64,000 bases of DNA from an uncultured Pseudomonas sp. (GTDB lineage Bacteria; Pseudomonadota; Gammaproteobacteria; Pseudomonadales; Pseudomonadaceae), in contig CAZOEC010000004.1 of NCBI GenBank assembly GCA_964578635.1, forward strand, positions 8,268 to 72,267, given 5' to 3'. A model generated the notes under the pieces. It had not been told where the DNA came from. It saw nothing but the letters and a program-made list of their open reading frames with translations, and made no database searches. The translations under genes were made by a program, and so were the position numbers. Shown piece after piece: positions 38,251-47,870 of the stretch (positions within the stretch are counted from its first letter, which is position 1; each line of letters opens with the position of its first letter).

Positions 38251-38399
38251 GGATTAGGCTCAGATTATTGGCGGATGGAGCTCGGCGACTCTTGCCGGAG
38301 CGGACTTACCCGCGAATTTAGCGGCTGAAGCCGCGCCCATAGCAGGTGCAACAGCTAACAGCGGCATAGCCTGAAAATAACGGCACGGCGAGGTGACCC

Positions 38400-39137
38400 A
38401 TGCGATTATTTTTCTGCCTTTTGTTCTGCAGCGTCCTGCTCTGCGGGACGAGCCTCGCCGAGGATGTTCCGAGGCCGCTGGTCAAGGTTGGCTATTACGA
38501 ATTTCCGCCCTACACCTACACCGACGCTGAAGGTCGCTCCGTGGGTGCCACCCTGGATCTGCTCCGCCGCCTGCTGGACAAGGCCGGTTACCGCAGCGAG
38601 TTCCGCGGCCTACCCAGCGCGCGGCTGTACGCCGGCCTGCGTGACGGCAGCGTGCACGTCTGGCCGGGCGTGGCCGGCAAGGAAGTACTGCGCGAGCAGG
38701 TACTGGAAAGCAATCGCGAGCTTGGCAAACTCGACCTGGTGCTCTACCGCCGCCCGGGCATGCCAGCACTCAAACTGCCGGAAGAGCTGGCCGGGCGCAG
38801 CGTTATCGTGATCAGCGGCTACACCTACTTCAAGCCTTTCAGCGACTGGCTGCAAGACCCCAGGCTGAACCTGCGCCTCCACAGCACCAGCAGCCACGGT
38901 GCCGCCCTGGAAATGCTCCAGCGCCATCGCGGCGACCTCCTCCTCGACTATCGCACCCCAGTGGAGCTGGTCCGTCGTCAGCTCGACATTCCCCCCATGC
39001 CGTACCAGGTCCTGTATCGGCTGACGGCCAAACTGATCTTCTCCAACAAAGCCCCCAACGCCGTAGCCCTGCGCGATGCGCTGGACCAGGCCTACGAGCA
39101 ATTGCAGGCAGAGGGCGAGGATTTACGCCTGTATTAA
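38400..39137 (+). CDS. Periplasmic substrate-binding protein, paralogue of the preceding gene
   Basis: Shared YYEFPPY, PSARLY.GL.DGSVH.WPG and ALRDALD.AYE.LQA blocks. Confidence 0.8.
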   Translation: MRLFFCLLFCSVLLCGTSLAEDVPRPLVKVGYYEFPPYTYTDAEGRSVGATLDLLRRLLDKAGYRSEFRGLPSARLYAGLRDGSVHVWPGVAGKEVLREQVLESNRELGKLDLVLYRRPGMPALKLPEELAGRSVIVISGYTYFKPFSDWLQDPRLNLRLHSTSSHGAALEMLQRHRGDLLLDYRTPVELVRRQLDIPPMPYQVLYRLTAKLIFSNKAPNAVALRDALDQAYEQLQAEGEDLRLY

Positions 39138-39235
39138 ACGCCGACGCCCGTCGCGACAAGCGGCCTATCCGCCCTCCAACAGCCGCCTGCTAGGCTGAAA
39201 CTGTTAACGCAGCCCCTCACGGACCGACGGCAAGC

Positions 39236-40006
39236 ATGGCCAACAAGCAGAAATCCCTAACCATCAAGACGGCCTGCTGGCTATTGGCAGCGACGCTCAC
39301 GGTCACGGCCCAGGGCAGCCCCTTTATCACCCTGCATTACAACGAACGCGCGCCGTACCTGCAGACCCTGGCCAACGGCGAGATAGCAGGCCTTACCGCG
39401 ACCCCCGCGGCACAGGCCCTGCGCCACGCCGGCATTGACTTCAAATGGGCGAAGACGCCCTCCAATCGGCAGATCCAGCTCCTTGAAAAAAATGCAGGGG
39501 CGGACTGTATGGTCGGCTGGTACAAGAATCCGCAGCGCGAGCTGATCGGCAACTTTTCCCTGCCCCTGTACCAGGACAAGCCGACCATCGGCCTGGCGCT
39601 GTTCAGCAATATCAATATCGACAGCGGCAGTGGCCTGGCTCAGGTGCTGCAGAACCGCGAACTGCGCCTACTGGTCAAGGATGGTTACTCCTACGGCGAG
39701 CATATCGATGCGCTTATTCAGCAGCTCGATCCTCGGCGAATGAAAACCACGGTGGAAAACATCAATATGCTGCGCATGATCGCCCTCGACCGCGCCGACT
39801 ACTTCTTTATCGCCGAGGAAGAGGCCAGCGAACTGATCCGCCAATCCGAATTCGAACCGGGCGACTTCAAATATATTCACTTCAGCGACAGCCCCGACGG
39901 CGGCCAGCGTCATCTGTGGTGCAGCAAGCAGGTCCCCCAGCACAGCCTGGACAGGATCAATAGAGCCATTGCCGAACTGCGCCCCTCAGCCAGCCCGCAG
40001 CCCTGA
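39236..40006 (+). CDS. Periplasmic substrate-binding protein (family 3-like, divergent)
   Basis: Signal peptide, ERAPY, NPQRE..FS.PLY, GYSYG, RMI...RADY. Confidence 0.78.
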   Translation: MANKQKSLTIKTACWLLAATLTVTAQGSPFITLHYNERAPYLQTLANGEIAGLTATPAAQALRHAGIDFKWAKTPSNRQIQLLEKNAGADCMVGWYKNPQRELIGNFSLPLYQDKPTIGLALFSNINIDSGSGLAQVLQNRELRLLVKDGYSYGEHIDALIQQLDPRRMKTTVENINMLRMIALDRADYFFIAEEEASELIRQSEFEPGDFKYIHFSDSPDGGQRHLWCSKQVPQHSLDRINRAIAELRPSASPQP

Positions 40007-40015
40007 GTGGGCCGA

Positions 40016-42553
40016 CTATTTACGCGGCTTGGCCCGTGCCGTCGGCTCGGCGATCAGTGGGTCGTCGGGCCAGTAATGTTTTGGATAGCGACCTTTCAGG
40101 TCCTTCTTGACCTCGGCATAGGTATTGGCCCAAAAGCTGGCCAGGTCCTGGGTCACCTGCACCGGACGGCGTGCCGGCGACAGCAGGTGCAACTTGACCA
40201 CCTGGCGACCACCGGCGATGCGCGGCGTATCGGCCAGGCCGAACAGCTCCTGCAGACGCACCGCCAATACCGGCGGCTGTTCACTGTAATCCAGACCGAT
40301 GCGCGAGCCGGAGGGCACCTGCAGGCTGCGCGGGGCCAGCTCGTCCAGGCGCTGCGGCAGCGGCCAGGGCAGCAGGTTGTGCAGCAGCCCGGGCAGATCC
40401 AGGCTGGCGAAATGGCTGAGGCGGGTGACCCGACCCAGATAGGGCTGCAGCCAGTGCTCCAGGCTGGCCAGCAGCGCGGCATCGCCGACATCCGGCCATT
40501 CGCTCTGGCCCTTGCTTGCCAGGTCGAGCCCGCGCAGCAACGCCAACCGCGCCTGCCACTGACGCAGCTCCGGGGTCCAGGGCAGCAGCGCCAGGCCCTT
40601 GCGCCGCACCAGGCCGAGCAGGGCCTGGCTGCGCCGTTGCTCATCCAGCCCGGCAAGGGCCTCGCGGGCCAGCACCAGTTCGCCGATCCGACGCTGGCGT
40701 TCGGCCCGCAGCACGCCTTCACGCTCGTCCCAGTCGAGCACATCGAGGTCACTGACCTGCTCGACCAGCACGCTGTCGAACAGCTGCGGATCGAGGTCGG
40801 CGGCCAGATAGATGCGTTCTTCGCGCTGGCCCTGACGGCTGCCGAGGTCGGCCACCACCAGCCAGCTGTGCTTCATCAACGCATCGGCCTCGGCAAACAG
40901 CGCCGCCCGGCCGTTGGCCAGACGATATTCCGCACCACCGGCACGGCGCTGCTGGGCGATCCGGTCCGGGTAGGCAAATGCCAGCAGCGCGCCCAGCCAA
41001 CGCGGATGCTCGGGGTCACTGAGCGCCTGGGGGCTGGGCCAGCGTTTGAGGTAACCGTGAAACTGCCGGGCCAGTTGTCGGGCGCGCTGTACCCCACCCT
41101 GAGCTGCACCTCGGGCAGCGCGTGACTCGCCCGCCAGCAGGGCCAGGCGGCTGTGCAGATCGGCCCCCGCGCCGCGCAGAATATCGCGTTCCCCCAGCAA
41201 AGCCGCGAGATCGCAGGCCAATGCCCCCAGCCCCAGCTCCTGGCCACGTAGCAGCAGGTGGGCGATACGTGGATGGGTCGGCAGCTCGGCCATGGCCTGA
41301 CCATGACGGGTCAGCACGCCCTGGGCATCCACCGCCCCCAGGCGCGCCAGCAACTCCATGGCCTGGGCATAGGCCGCCGCCGGGGGTGGATCGAGCCAGA
41401 CCAGCTCGGCCGGCTGCACGCCCCAGCGCACCAGCTGCAGCGCCAGGCCGGTCAGATCGGCCTGGAGAATTTCCGCCGCGCCATAGGCCGCCAGCTGTTC
41501 GTGCTGGGCCTGGGACCACAGCCGATAGCAGGCCCCCGGCTGCAGACGGCCGGCCCGGCCGGCGCGCTGGGTGGCCGAGGCGCGGGAAATACGCTGGGTG
41601 TCCAGACGGGTCATGGCGCTGTTCGGGTCGAAGCGCGGCACCCTCGCCAGGCCGGCGTCGATCACCACCCGCACGCCGTCGATGGTCAGGCTGGTTTCGG
41701 CGATATTGGTCGCCAGCACCACCTTGCGCAGGCCCGGCGGTGCGGGTTCGATGGCGGCGCGCTGGGCGCTCAGCTCCAGCTCGCCATGCAGCGGGCAGAG
41801 CAGAATATCCGTGCGCCCATTCAGCGCCGCAGCCAACTGTTCGGCAACCCGGCGGATCTCCGCCTGGCCGGGGAGAAACACCAGCAGGCTGCCCGGCTCG
41901 TCGGCAAGGGCCTGCAGCACCGTCTGCACCACCCGCGGCTCGAGCCAGTCGCCGGGCTGGAACGGCGCACCCCAGCGGATCTCCACCGGAAACATGCGCC
42001 CTTCGCTACGCAGCACCGGCGCATCCTCGAGCAGGCTAGCCAGGCGCTCGCCTTCCAGGGTCGCCGACATCAGCAAGACCTTCAGCGGCGGCTCGCCGGA
42101 GTCCCCGCCGCGCAACATCGCCCGGCCGTTGAGGCACAGGGCCAGGGCCAGATCGGCATCCAGGCTACGCTCGTGGAACTCATCGAAGATCACCAGCCCC
42201 ACGCCCTCGAGCGCCGGATCGTCCTGCAGCCGCCGGGTCAGTATGCCTTCGGTGACCACCTCGATACGGGTGCGCGGACCGACCTTGCTGTCCAGGCGGA
42301 TGCGATAGCCGACGGTTTCCCCCACCCGCTCGCCCAGCTCACTGGCCAGGCGTTCGGCGGCGGCGCGGGCAGCCAGACGGCGCGGTTCGAGCATGATGAT
42401 GGTCTGCCCGGCCAGCCAGGGTTGCTCCAGCACGGCCAGGGGCACGCGGGTGGTCTTGCCGGCACCGGGCGGCGCTTCCAGTACGGCTTCGTGGCGGCTG
42501 GCCAGGGCCGCGCACAGGGCGGGCAACAGGGCATCGATAGGCAGGGAAGTCAT
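40016..42553 (-). CDS. hrpB: ATP-dependent helicase HrpB
   Basis: GAGKTT, DEFHE, SAT, QRAGRAGR, C-terminal GRYPKH.WP.DP. Confidence 0.96.
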   Translation of the reverse strand: MTSLPIDALLPALCAALASRHEAVLEAPPGAGKTTRVPLAVLEQPWLAGQTIIMLEPRRLAARAAAERLASELGERVGETVGYRIRLDSKVGPRTRIEVVTEGILTRRLQDDPALEGVGLVIFDEFHERSLDADLALALCLNGRAMLRGGDSGEPPLKVLLMSATLEGERLASLLEDAPVLRSEGRMFPVEIRWGAPFQPGDWLEPRVVQTVLQALADEPGSLLVFLPGQAEIRRVAEQLAAALNGRTDILLCPLHGELELSAQRAAIEPAPPGLRKVVLATNIAETSLTIDGVRVVIDAGLARVPRFDPNSAMTRLDTQRISRASATQRAGRAGRLQPGACYRLWSQAQHEQLAAYGAAEILQADLTGLALQLVRWGVQPAELVWLDPPPAAAYAQAMELLARLGAVDAQGVLTRHGQAMAELPTHPRIAHLLLRGQELGLGALACDLAALLGERDILRGAGADLHSRLALLAGESRAARGAAQGGVQRARQLARQFHGYLKRWPSPQALSDPEHPRWLGALLAFAYPDRIAQQRRAGGAEYRLANGRAALFAEADALMKHSWLVVADLGSRQGQREERIYLAADLDPQLFDSVLVEQVSDLDVLDWDEREGVLRAERQRRIGELVLAREALAGLDEQRRSQALLGLVRRKGLALLPWTPELRQWQARLALLRGLDLASKGQSEWPDVGDAALLASLEHWLQPYLGRVTRLSHFASLDLPGLLHNLLPWPLPQRLDELAPRSLQVPSGSRIGLDYSEQPPVLAVRLQELFGLADTPRIAGGRQVVKLHLLSPARRPVQVTQDLASFWANTYAEVKKDLKGRYPKHYWPDDPLIAEPTARAKPRK

Positions 42554-42683
42554 GACGGCTCCAGTTGGGGGAGCCGATTATAGCGGCGAACCCGGAGAGC
42601 ATTGCCGCGGTCTTAAATATGGCATAGCGCTATTGCCATGCCGGGATTGTATAGTTGCGCCAGTTTTTCTCAGGAGATGCTCA

Positions 42684-43103
42684 ATGCCCATCCATAAGCG
42701 CGTACTCAGTGGCCTGCTGGCCGCCACCCTGCTCACCCAACTCAGCGCCTGCGGCACCCTGTTCTTTCCGGAGCGCCGCGGCCAAATCGAAGGTCGGATC
42801 GACCCGGCGGTGGCAGCCCTGAATGCCATCGGCATCCTCTTCTATGTGATTCCCGGCCTGATCGCCTTCGGCATCGACTTTGCCACTGGCGCAATCTACC
42901 TGCCCGGCGGCCTGACCTCCCAGGTCAACCCTGAAGACCTGCAGAACCTGGTCGAGGCCGACGGCCAGATCGACCCGGCCAAGCTCAAGGCCCTGATCGA
43001 AGTGCAGACCGGCCATAGCCTGCCGCTCGATGATCCGCGCCTGATCCGCCACAGCGGCAGCGCCGAGCAGTTGGCGGCCTACGGCTTGCGCCCAGCAGCC
43101 TAA
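42684..43103 (+). CDS. Hypothetical lipoprotein
   Basis: AGGAG RBS, LSAC lipobox, hydrophobic IPG.IAF..DF.TGAIY segment. Confidence 0.8.
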   Translation: MPIHKRVLSGLLAATLLTQLSACGTLFFPERRGQIEGRIDPAVAALNAIGILFYVIPGLIAFGIDFATGAIYLPGGLTSQVNPEDLQNLVEADGQIDPAKLKALIEVQTGHSLPLDDPRLIRHSGSAEQLAAYGLRPAA

Positions 43104-43128
43104 GCTCGTCACGAGAAAGCCCAAAAGT

Positions 43129-43163
43129 AAAAGCCCGTTATTGCGACGGGCTTTTCTTATTTT
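43129..43163. terminator. Intrinsic terminator
   Basis: AAAAGCCCGT-loop-ACGGGCTTTT plus T-rich tail. Confidence 0.8.
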
Positions 43164-43215
43164 GTGAATACAGGCGCGCTAGCCTTGGCAGAACTCGCCC
43201 CACTCTGGATAGCCC

Positions 43216-44115
43216 GTGACCATATTGCCGCAACACGCCCGCCTGATGCGCCTGGCCACCTTTGCCGCGCTGGCGACCGCACTCACTCTGGCGCTGGCCA
43301 AAGCCATCGCCTGGTGGCTCAGCGGCTCGGTCAGCCTGCTGGCGGGGCTGACCGACTCACTGCTGGACGGCGCAGCTTCGCTGCTCAACCTGCTCGCCGT
43401 GCATTACGCCCTGCGCCCGGCCGACGAGGATCATCGCTATGGCCACGGCAAGGCCGAAGCCCTGGCGGGGCTGGGTCAGGCGCTGTTTATCGGGGCCAGC
43501 GCCCTGCTGGTGGGCAGCCACGCCATCGACCGCCTGCTCAATCCCGAGCCGATTGGCGCGCCCGCCCTGGGCATTGCGGTAATGCTGCTGTCGCTGGCAC
43601 TGACCGTTGCCCTGCTGCTGTTCCAGAACCATGTGGTAAAGCTGACCGGCTCCACCGCCATCCGCGCCGACTCCTTGCACTACCGTTCGGACCTGCTGCT
43701 CAACAGCAGCATCCTCCTGGCATTGCTGCTGGCCAGTTACGGCTGGCCGCAACTGGACGCCATCTTCGGCATGGCTATCGCCCTGTATATCTTCTGGAGC
43801 GCCATCCGAATCGTCCGCGAAGCCGCCGCGGTACTGATGGATCAGGAACTCGACCCGCAGATCAGCACCCGCATGCACGGCCTGGCCTGCGCCGTGCCCG
43901 GCGTACTGGGCGCACATGACCTGCGCACGCGGCTGTCCGGCACCCACTGGTTCGTCCAGTTGCATGTAGAACTGCCGGGTGAACTGAGCCTGCTGGAGGC
44001 CCATTGCCTGTGTGACCAGGTGGAAGCGGCGATTCGCGCCGAGTTCCCGCGCGCCGAAGTGCTGGTGCATGCCGACCCCAGCAGCGGGGTAAAGCACGCC
44101 AGCCCTAGCGAGTAG
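43216..44115 (+). CDS. fieF: Cation diffusion facilitator transporter
   Basis: DSLLD, PADEDHRYGHGKAE, ADSLHYRSD, HDLRTR, VHADP. Confidence 0.9.
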   Translation: MTILPQHARLMRLATFAALATALTLALAKAIAWWLSGSVSLLAGLTDSLLDGAASLLNLLAVHYALRPADEDHRYGHGKAEALAGLGQALFIGASALLVGSHAIDRLLNPEPIGAPALGIAVMLLSLALTVALLLFQNHVVKLTGSTAIRADSLHYRSDLLLNSSILLALLLASYGWPQLDAIFGMAIALYIFWSAIRIVREAAAVLMDQELDPQISTRMHGLACAVPGVLGAHDLRTRLSGTHWFVQLHVELPGELSLLEAHCLCDQVEAAIRAEFPRAEVLVHADPSSGVKHASPSE

Positions 44116-44236
44116 CTTGGGTCGGGCGGCGTTCCGTCGGGCGGCGCTCCGTTGAGGAGCATCGCGACAAAGCCCAACGAGGCATGCCATAAGCTGCTGC
44201 GCTCACGCCAAGCTCCGAGTTGTCGCCTCACACTAC
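44112..44236. repeat. Degenerate GTAG REP doublet
   Basis: GTAGCTTGGGTCG...GTTGAGGAGCATCGCGACAAAGCCCAAC...CACTAC. Confidence 0.5.
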
Positions 44237-44256
44237 GCAATGGGGACATCGCCAAC

Positions 44257-44292
44257 AAAAAAGGGGAAGGCCTGCAGGCCTTCCCCTTTTTT
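44257..44292. terminator. Bidirectional intrinsic terminator
   Basis: Perfect palindrome AAAAAAGGGGAAGGCC-TGCA-GGCCTTCCCCTTTTTT. Confidence 0.9.
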
Positions 44293-44446
44293 GCGTGTCC
44301 GTCATTGTGGCGATGGTAACGCCTTTTCTTCGCCCGCCTGGTTGGGCAGTGCGGACCCGGGTGCCGTGGCGATCCGGTGGGATCGGCGGCGTCCGCTCAC
44401 CTGATTGGGCGAAGCGGCTGGACCTGTCGTCCGGGCCTTGAAACTG
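44257..44446 (-). ncRNA. Candidate structured small RNA divergent from the Lrp/AsnC gene
   Basis: Possible -10 TAAGCT at 44458-44453, three hairpins, strong terminator, no convincing ORF. Confidence 0.55.
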
Positions 44447-44571
44447 AGGTAAAGCTTACCCGCGCCCGCGCAGCAGAAGATTGCGAATATTGCTGAGATA
44501 CCTATAACTTGCGCAATTAATCGCTACAGGCGCATGATTATGCACAATTAAATAACGCAAGCGTGGCAAAG

Positions 44572-45051
44572 ATGAACAGACTTGACCGCTACGACCTGAA
44601 TATCCTCGCCGAACTGCAGCGCGACGCCACCCTGTCCAACCAGGATCTGGCCGAACGCATCGGCCTGTCGCCCTCGCCCTGCTCGCGGCGGGTCAAGCAG
44701 CTGGAAGACGACGGTTATATCCTCGGCCAGGTCGCCCTGCTCGACCGCAAGAAGCTCGGCCTGAGCCTGACCGCCTATGTGCTGATCGGCATGGACAAAC
44801 ACACCCCGGAACGCTTCGAGCATTTTCAGGAAGAAATCCGCAAGTGCCCGGAAGTGCTCGAATGCTGCCTGGTGACAGGTATGGATGCCGACTACCAGCT
44901 CAAGGTGGTGGTGCCGGACATGGATCATTACCAGAAGCTGCTGCTGGGCACCCTGACCCGCATCGAGGGCGTGTCCAGCGTGCGTTCCAGCTTCGTCCTG
45001 CAGCAGATCCTCTCCAGCACCCAGCTGCCCCTGCAGCACCTGCGTAGCTGA
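44572..45051 (+). CDS. Lrp/AsnC family transcriptional regulator
   Basis: LD.YD..IL..LQ.DA.LSN..LA..IGLSPSPC.RRVK.LE; VTG.DADY. Confidence 0.95.
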   Translation: MNRLDRYDLNILAELQRDATLSNQDLAERIGLSPSPCSRRVKQLEDDGYILGQVALLDRKKLGLSLTAYVLIGMDKHTPERFEHFQEEIRKCPEVLECCLVTGMDADYQLKVVVPDMDHYQKLLLGTLTRIEGVSSVRSSFVLQQILSSTQLPLQHLRS

Positions 45052-45232
45052 AGCCACCGCGCATCCGCAGGGCATCGCAGCAAAGGCACGCGTCGGCGTA
45101 TACTCGCCGGCGTTTTACTGTGCCTTGTGCGGCCCCGCCATAAGAGCCTCGCGCTCAGACAATAACAATCGCCTCGCCCACCTCCCGCCCCTGCTGGCGG
45201 CACAGTCCTGTTTTCGCTGAATAGAGGTTGCG

Positions 45233-45436
45233 ATGGAAACTGCGTTGTTTGAAGAGCTGATGATGACCGTGCTGGTCGGCGGCCTGGTGCTGTTTATGGC
45301 GTTTATCGTCTGGGACCTGGCGAAGAAATCCAAGGCCGGGCGCTTCGGCACCATGATCCTGTTCCTCGCCCTGGGTCTGGGCGTGCTCGGCTTTATTATC
45401 AAGACCTTTGTTATAGCCGGGCTGGAAGGGGTTTAG
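45233..45436 (+). CDS. DUF2788 family small membrane protein
   Basis: FIVWDLAKKSKAGRFG motif. Confidence 0.88.
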   Translation: METALFEELMMTVLVGGLVLFMAFIVWDLAKKSKAGRFGTMILFLALGLGVLGFIIKTFVIAGLEGV

Positions 45437-45554
45437 GGACTTACTCACAGTCTGCTGCGTTAAGAACAGGCTCCCAGAACCCTTCCACACGACCTAACCA
45501 CTCACCCAGGCTGCATATACGTGCGGCCCGGGCCGGCTTTTTTCAGGAGAAACC

Positions 45555-45947
45555 ATGAACGCCGCCGATCGCGTAATGCAGAGCTACGGACGCTGCTGTG
45601 CCAGCCCGGACTTTTTCGACAGCTTTTACCGGCACTTCCTCGCCAGCTCACCCGAGGTGCGGGAGAAGTTCGCCAATACCGAGATGAACGGGCAAAAGCT
45701 GCTCTTGCGCCAGGGCATTCTCAACCTGGTGATGCATGCGCGCGGCTTGCCCGACACCAAGCTGCGCGCCCTGGGCTGCAGCCACTCTCGCGCCGCCCTG
45801 GACATTCGCCCAGAGCTGTATGTCCTGTGGCAGCAGGCACTGCTGCAGACCATCGGCGAGCATGATCAGCAGTACTGCAACGAAACCCGCAGCGCCTGGA
45901 ATGAAGTGCTGGACAAGGGCATCGCCGTTATCAAGGCCGGCTACTGA
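45555..45947 (+). CDS. Single-domain globin
   Basis: SYGRC, FY..F....PEV..KF, L..LG.SH, I.PELY..W. Confidence 0.85.
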   Translation: MNAADRVMQSYGRCCASPDFFDSFYRHFLASSPEVREKFANTEMNGQKLLLRQGILNLVMHARGLPDTKLRALGCSHSRAALDIRPELYVLWQQALLQTIGEHDQQYCNETRSAWNEVLDKGIAVIKAGY

Positions 45948-46580
45948 TCAATCGAGCCGGGCCGGCACTTCGCGCCACTGCCCCGGCTGCAAATCATCCA
46001 GACTGAACGGGCCGATACGCACCCGCACCAGGCGCAGCGTCGGCAGGCCCACGGCTGCTGTCATACGGCGCACCTGACGGTTGCGCCCCTCACGAATCAC
46101 CAGCTCCAGCCAGGCCGTCGGGATGCTTTTGCGAAAGCGTACCGGCGGGTTGCGCTGCCACAGCTGCGGCTCATCCAGCAGCCGCGCTTCGGCCGGCAGG
46201 GTCGGGCCGTCATTCAATTGCACGCCGTCACACAGCTGCTGCAACTGCGCCGCGCTAGGCTCGCCCTCGACCTGCACCCAGTAGGTTTTCGCCAGCTTGT
46301 GCTTGGGATCGGCGATGCGCGCCTGCAGACCGCCGTCATTGGTCAGTAACAGCAAGCCTTCGCTATCACGGTCCAACCGGCCGGCCGGATAGACGCCAGG
46401 CACATCGACAAAATCCTTGAGGGTGGCGCGGCCCTGCTCGTCGTTGAACTGGGTCAGCACATCAAAGGGCTTGTTCAGCACCAGCAAACGCGGCTCGGCG
46501 GGTGGTGCCTTGGCCACGCGGCGCACGGCAGGTTTGCCGCTGTGCGGGCGGGAGGACGCAGGACGAGGTGGGCGCGACAT
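45948..46580 (-). CDS. rluE: rRNA pseudouridine synthase (RluE-like)
   Basis: [24 protein letters not shown]. Confidence 0.88.
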   Translation of the reverse strand: MSRPPRPASSRPHSGKPAVRRVAKAPPAEPRLLVLNKPFDVLTQFNDEQGRATLKDFVDVPGVYPAGRLDRDSEGLLLLTNDGGLQARIADPKHKLAKTYWVQVEGEPSAAQLQQLCDGVQLNDGPTLPAEARLLDEPQLWQRNPPVRFRKSIPTAWLELVIREGRNRQVRRMTAAVGLPTLRLVRVRIGPFSLDDLQPGQWREVPARLD

Positions 46581-46721
46581 AGGTGATCCAGCAACAGATT
46601 ACGAGGCGGCCAGTGTAACCGAGGCCAAGGATGGACTATCAGGCTGAGTGATCCGCGCAGCCTTGGCCGGTGTAGCGGGCTATGCTGGCAAGGTTGTGTT
46701 TCCCGTCCCGAGGCCATTGTT

Positions 46722-47756
46722 ATGAGTTCGTCCGAATCCATCGTCGAAACCTTTACCGGCTGGGCCGCCAAAGCCCCCGGCGCGCCCCTCGAACCGCACA
46801 GCTATGACCCCGGCCCGCTGGGTGCCGAAGAGGTCGAAGTGGCGGTGGAGTACTGCGGCATCTGCCACTCCGACCAGTCGATGATCGACAACGAATGGGG
46901 CAACGCGCGCTACCCCTTTATCCCCGGCCATGAAGTGGTCGGCACCGTTGTCCGTCTCGGCCCGCAGGCGCGCGGCCTGAAACTCGGTCAGCGGGTGGGC
47001 ATCGGCTGGTACAAGGGCAGCTGCATGCATTGCAGCTCGTGCATGGAAGGCTCGCACCAGCTCTGTGGCACGGTAAAACCAACGATTGTTGGCAGCAACG
47101 GCGGTTTCGCCGACCGCCTGCGCAGCCACTGGGCCTGGGCCGTACCGCTGCCGGACGGCCTCGATCCAGCCCTGGTAGGACCGCTGTTCTGCGCCGGCTC
47201 CACGGTATTCAGCCCGCTGCTGGATTTCGACGTAAAACCCACCGACAAGGTCGGCGTGGTCGGCATCGGCGGCCTCGGTCACCTGGCGCTGGGTTTCCTC
47301 AATGCCTGGGGCTGCGAAGTCACCGCCTTCACCTCGTCCTTGAGCAAACAGGAAGAAGCCAAACGCCTGGGCGCGCACAAAGTGGTGGCCTCCACCGACA
47401 GCGCGGCGCTGAAAGCGATTGCCGGCACCCTGGACTTCCTTCTGGTCACCGCCAGCGCCGACCTCGACTGGAACGCGATGATCGGCACCCTGCGCGGCAA
47501 GGGCCGTCTGCACTTTGTCGGCATAGTGCCCAGCGCGATCCCGGTGCATGTATTCAACCTGATCCCCAAGCAGAAGAGCCTGTCCGGCTCGCCCGTCGGC
47601 TCACCGGCCAATATGGCGAAAATGCTCGAGTTCTGCGCCCGTCATCAGATTCTGCCGCAGGTCGAACACTTCCCCATGAGCAAGGTCAACGAGGCGATTG
47701 ACCACCTGCGTGCCGGCAAAGCACGCTACCGCGTGGTGCTGGACGCCAGCAAATAA
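46722..47756 (+). CDS. NADPH-dependent Zn alcohol dehydrogenase / aldehyde reductase (Ahr-like)
   Basis: CGICHSD, GHE, CxxCxxC structural Zn site, GIGGLG, RYRVVL. Confidence 0.92.
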   Translation: MSSSESIVETFTGWAAKAPGAPLEPHSYDPGPLGAEEVEVAVEYCGICHSDQSMIDNEWGNARYPFIPGHEVVGTVVRLGPQARGLKLGQRVGIGWYKGSCMHCSSCMEGSHQLCGTVKPTIVGSNGGFADRLRSHWAWAVPLPDGLDPALVGPLFCAGSTVFSPLLDFDVKPTDKVGVVGIGGLGHLALGFLNAWGCEVTAFTSSLSKQEEAKRLGAHKVVASTDSAALKAIAGTLDFLLVTASADLDWNAMIGTLRGKGRLHFVGIVPSAIPVHVFNLIPKQKSLSGSPVGSPANMAKMLEFCARHQILPQVEHFPMSKVNEAIDHLRAGKARYRVVLDASK

Positions 47757-47770
47757 ACTGAGCTGAAATG

Positions 47771-47803
47771 AAAAAGCCCGAGGCATAAACCTAGGGCTTT
47801 TTT
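47771..47803. terminator. Bidirectional intrinsic terminator
   Basis: AAAAAGCCC...GGGCTTTTTT between convergent genes. Confidence 0.8.
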
Positions 47804-47870
47804 ATGCAACACGAAACGCTAGTGGAATGTCGGCTCAGATCCAAAGCGGCGATGCCGATAGGCTTCTCTG

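Noticed and set aside
44231..44305. 24-codon minus-strand ORF MTDTQKRGRPAGLPLFCWRCPHCV
   Set aside because: It reads through the intrinsic terminator and has no clear RBS, though a dual-function RNA is not fully excluded
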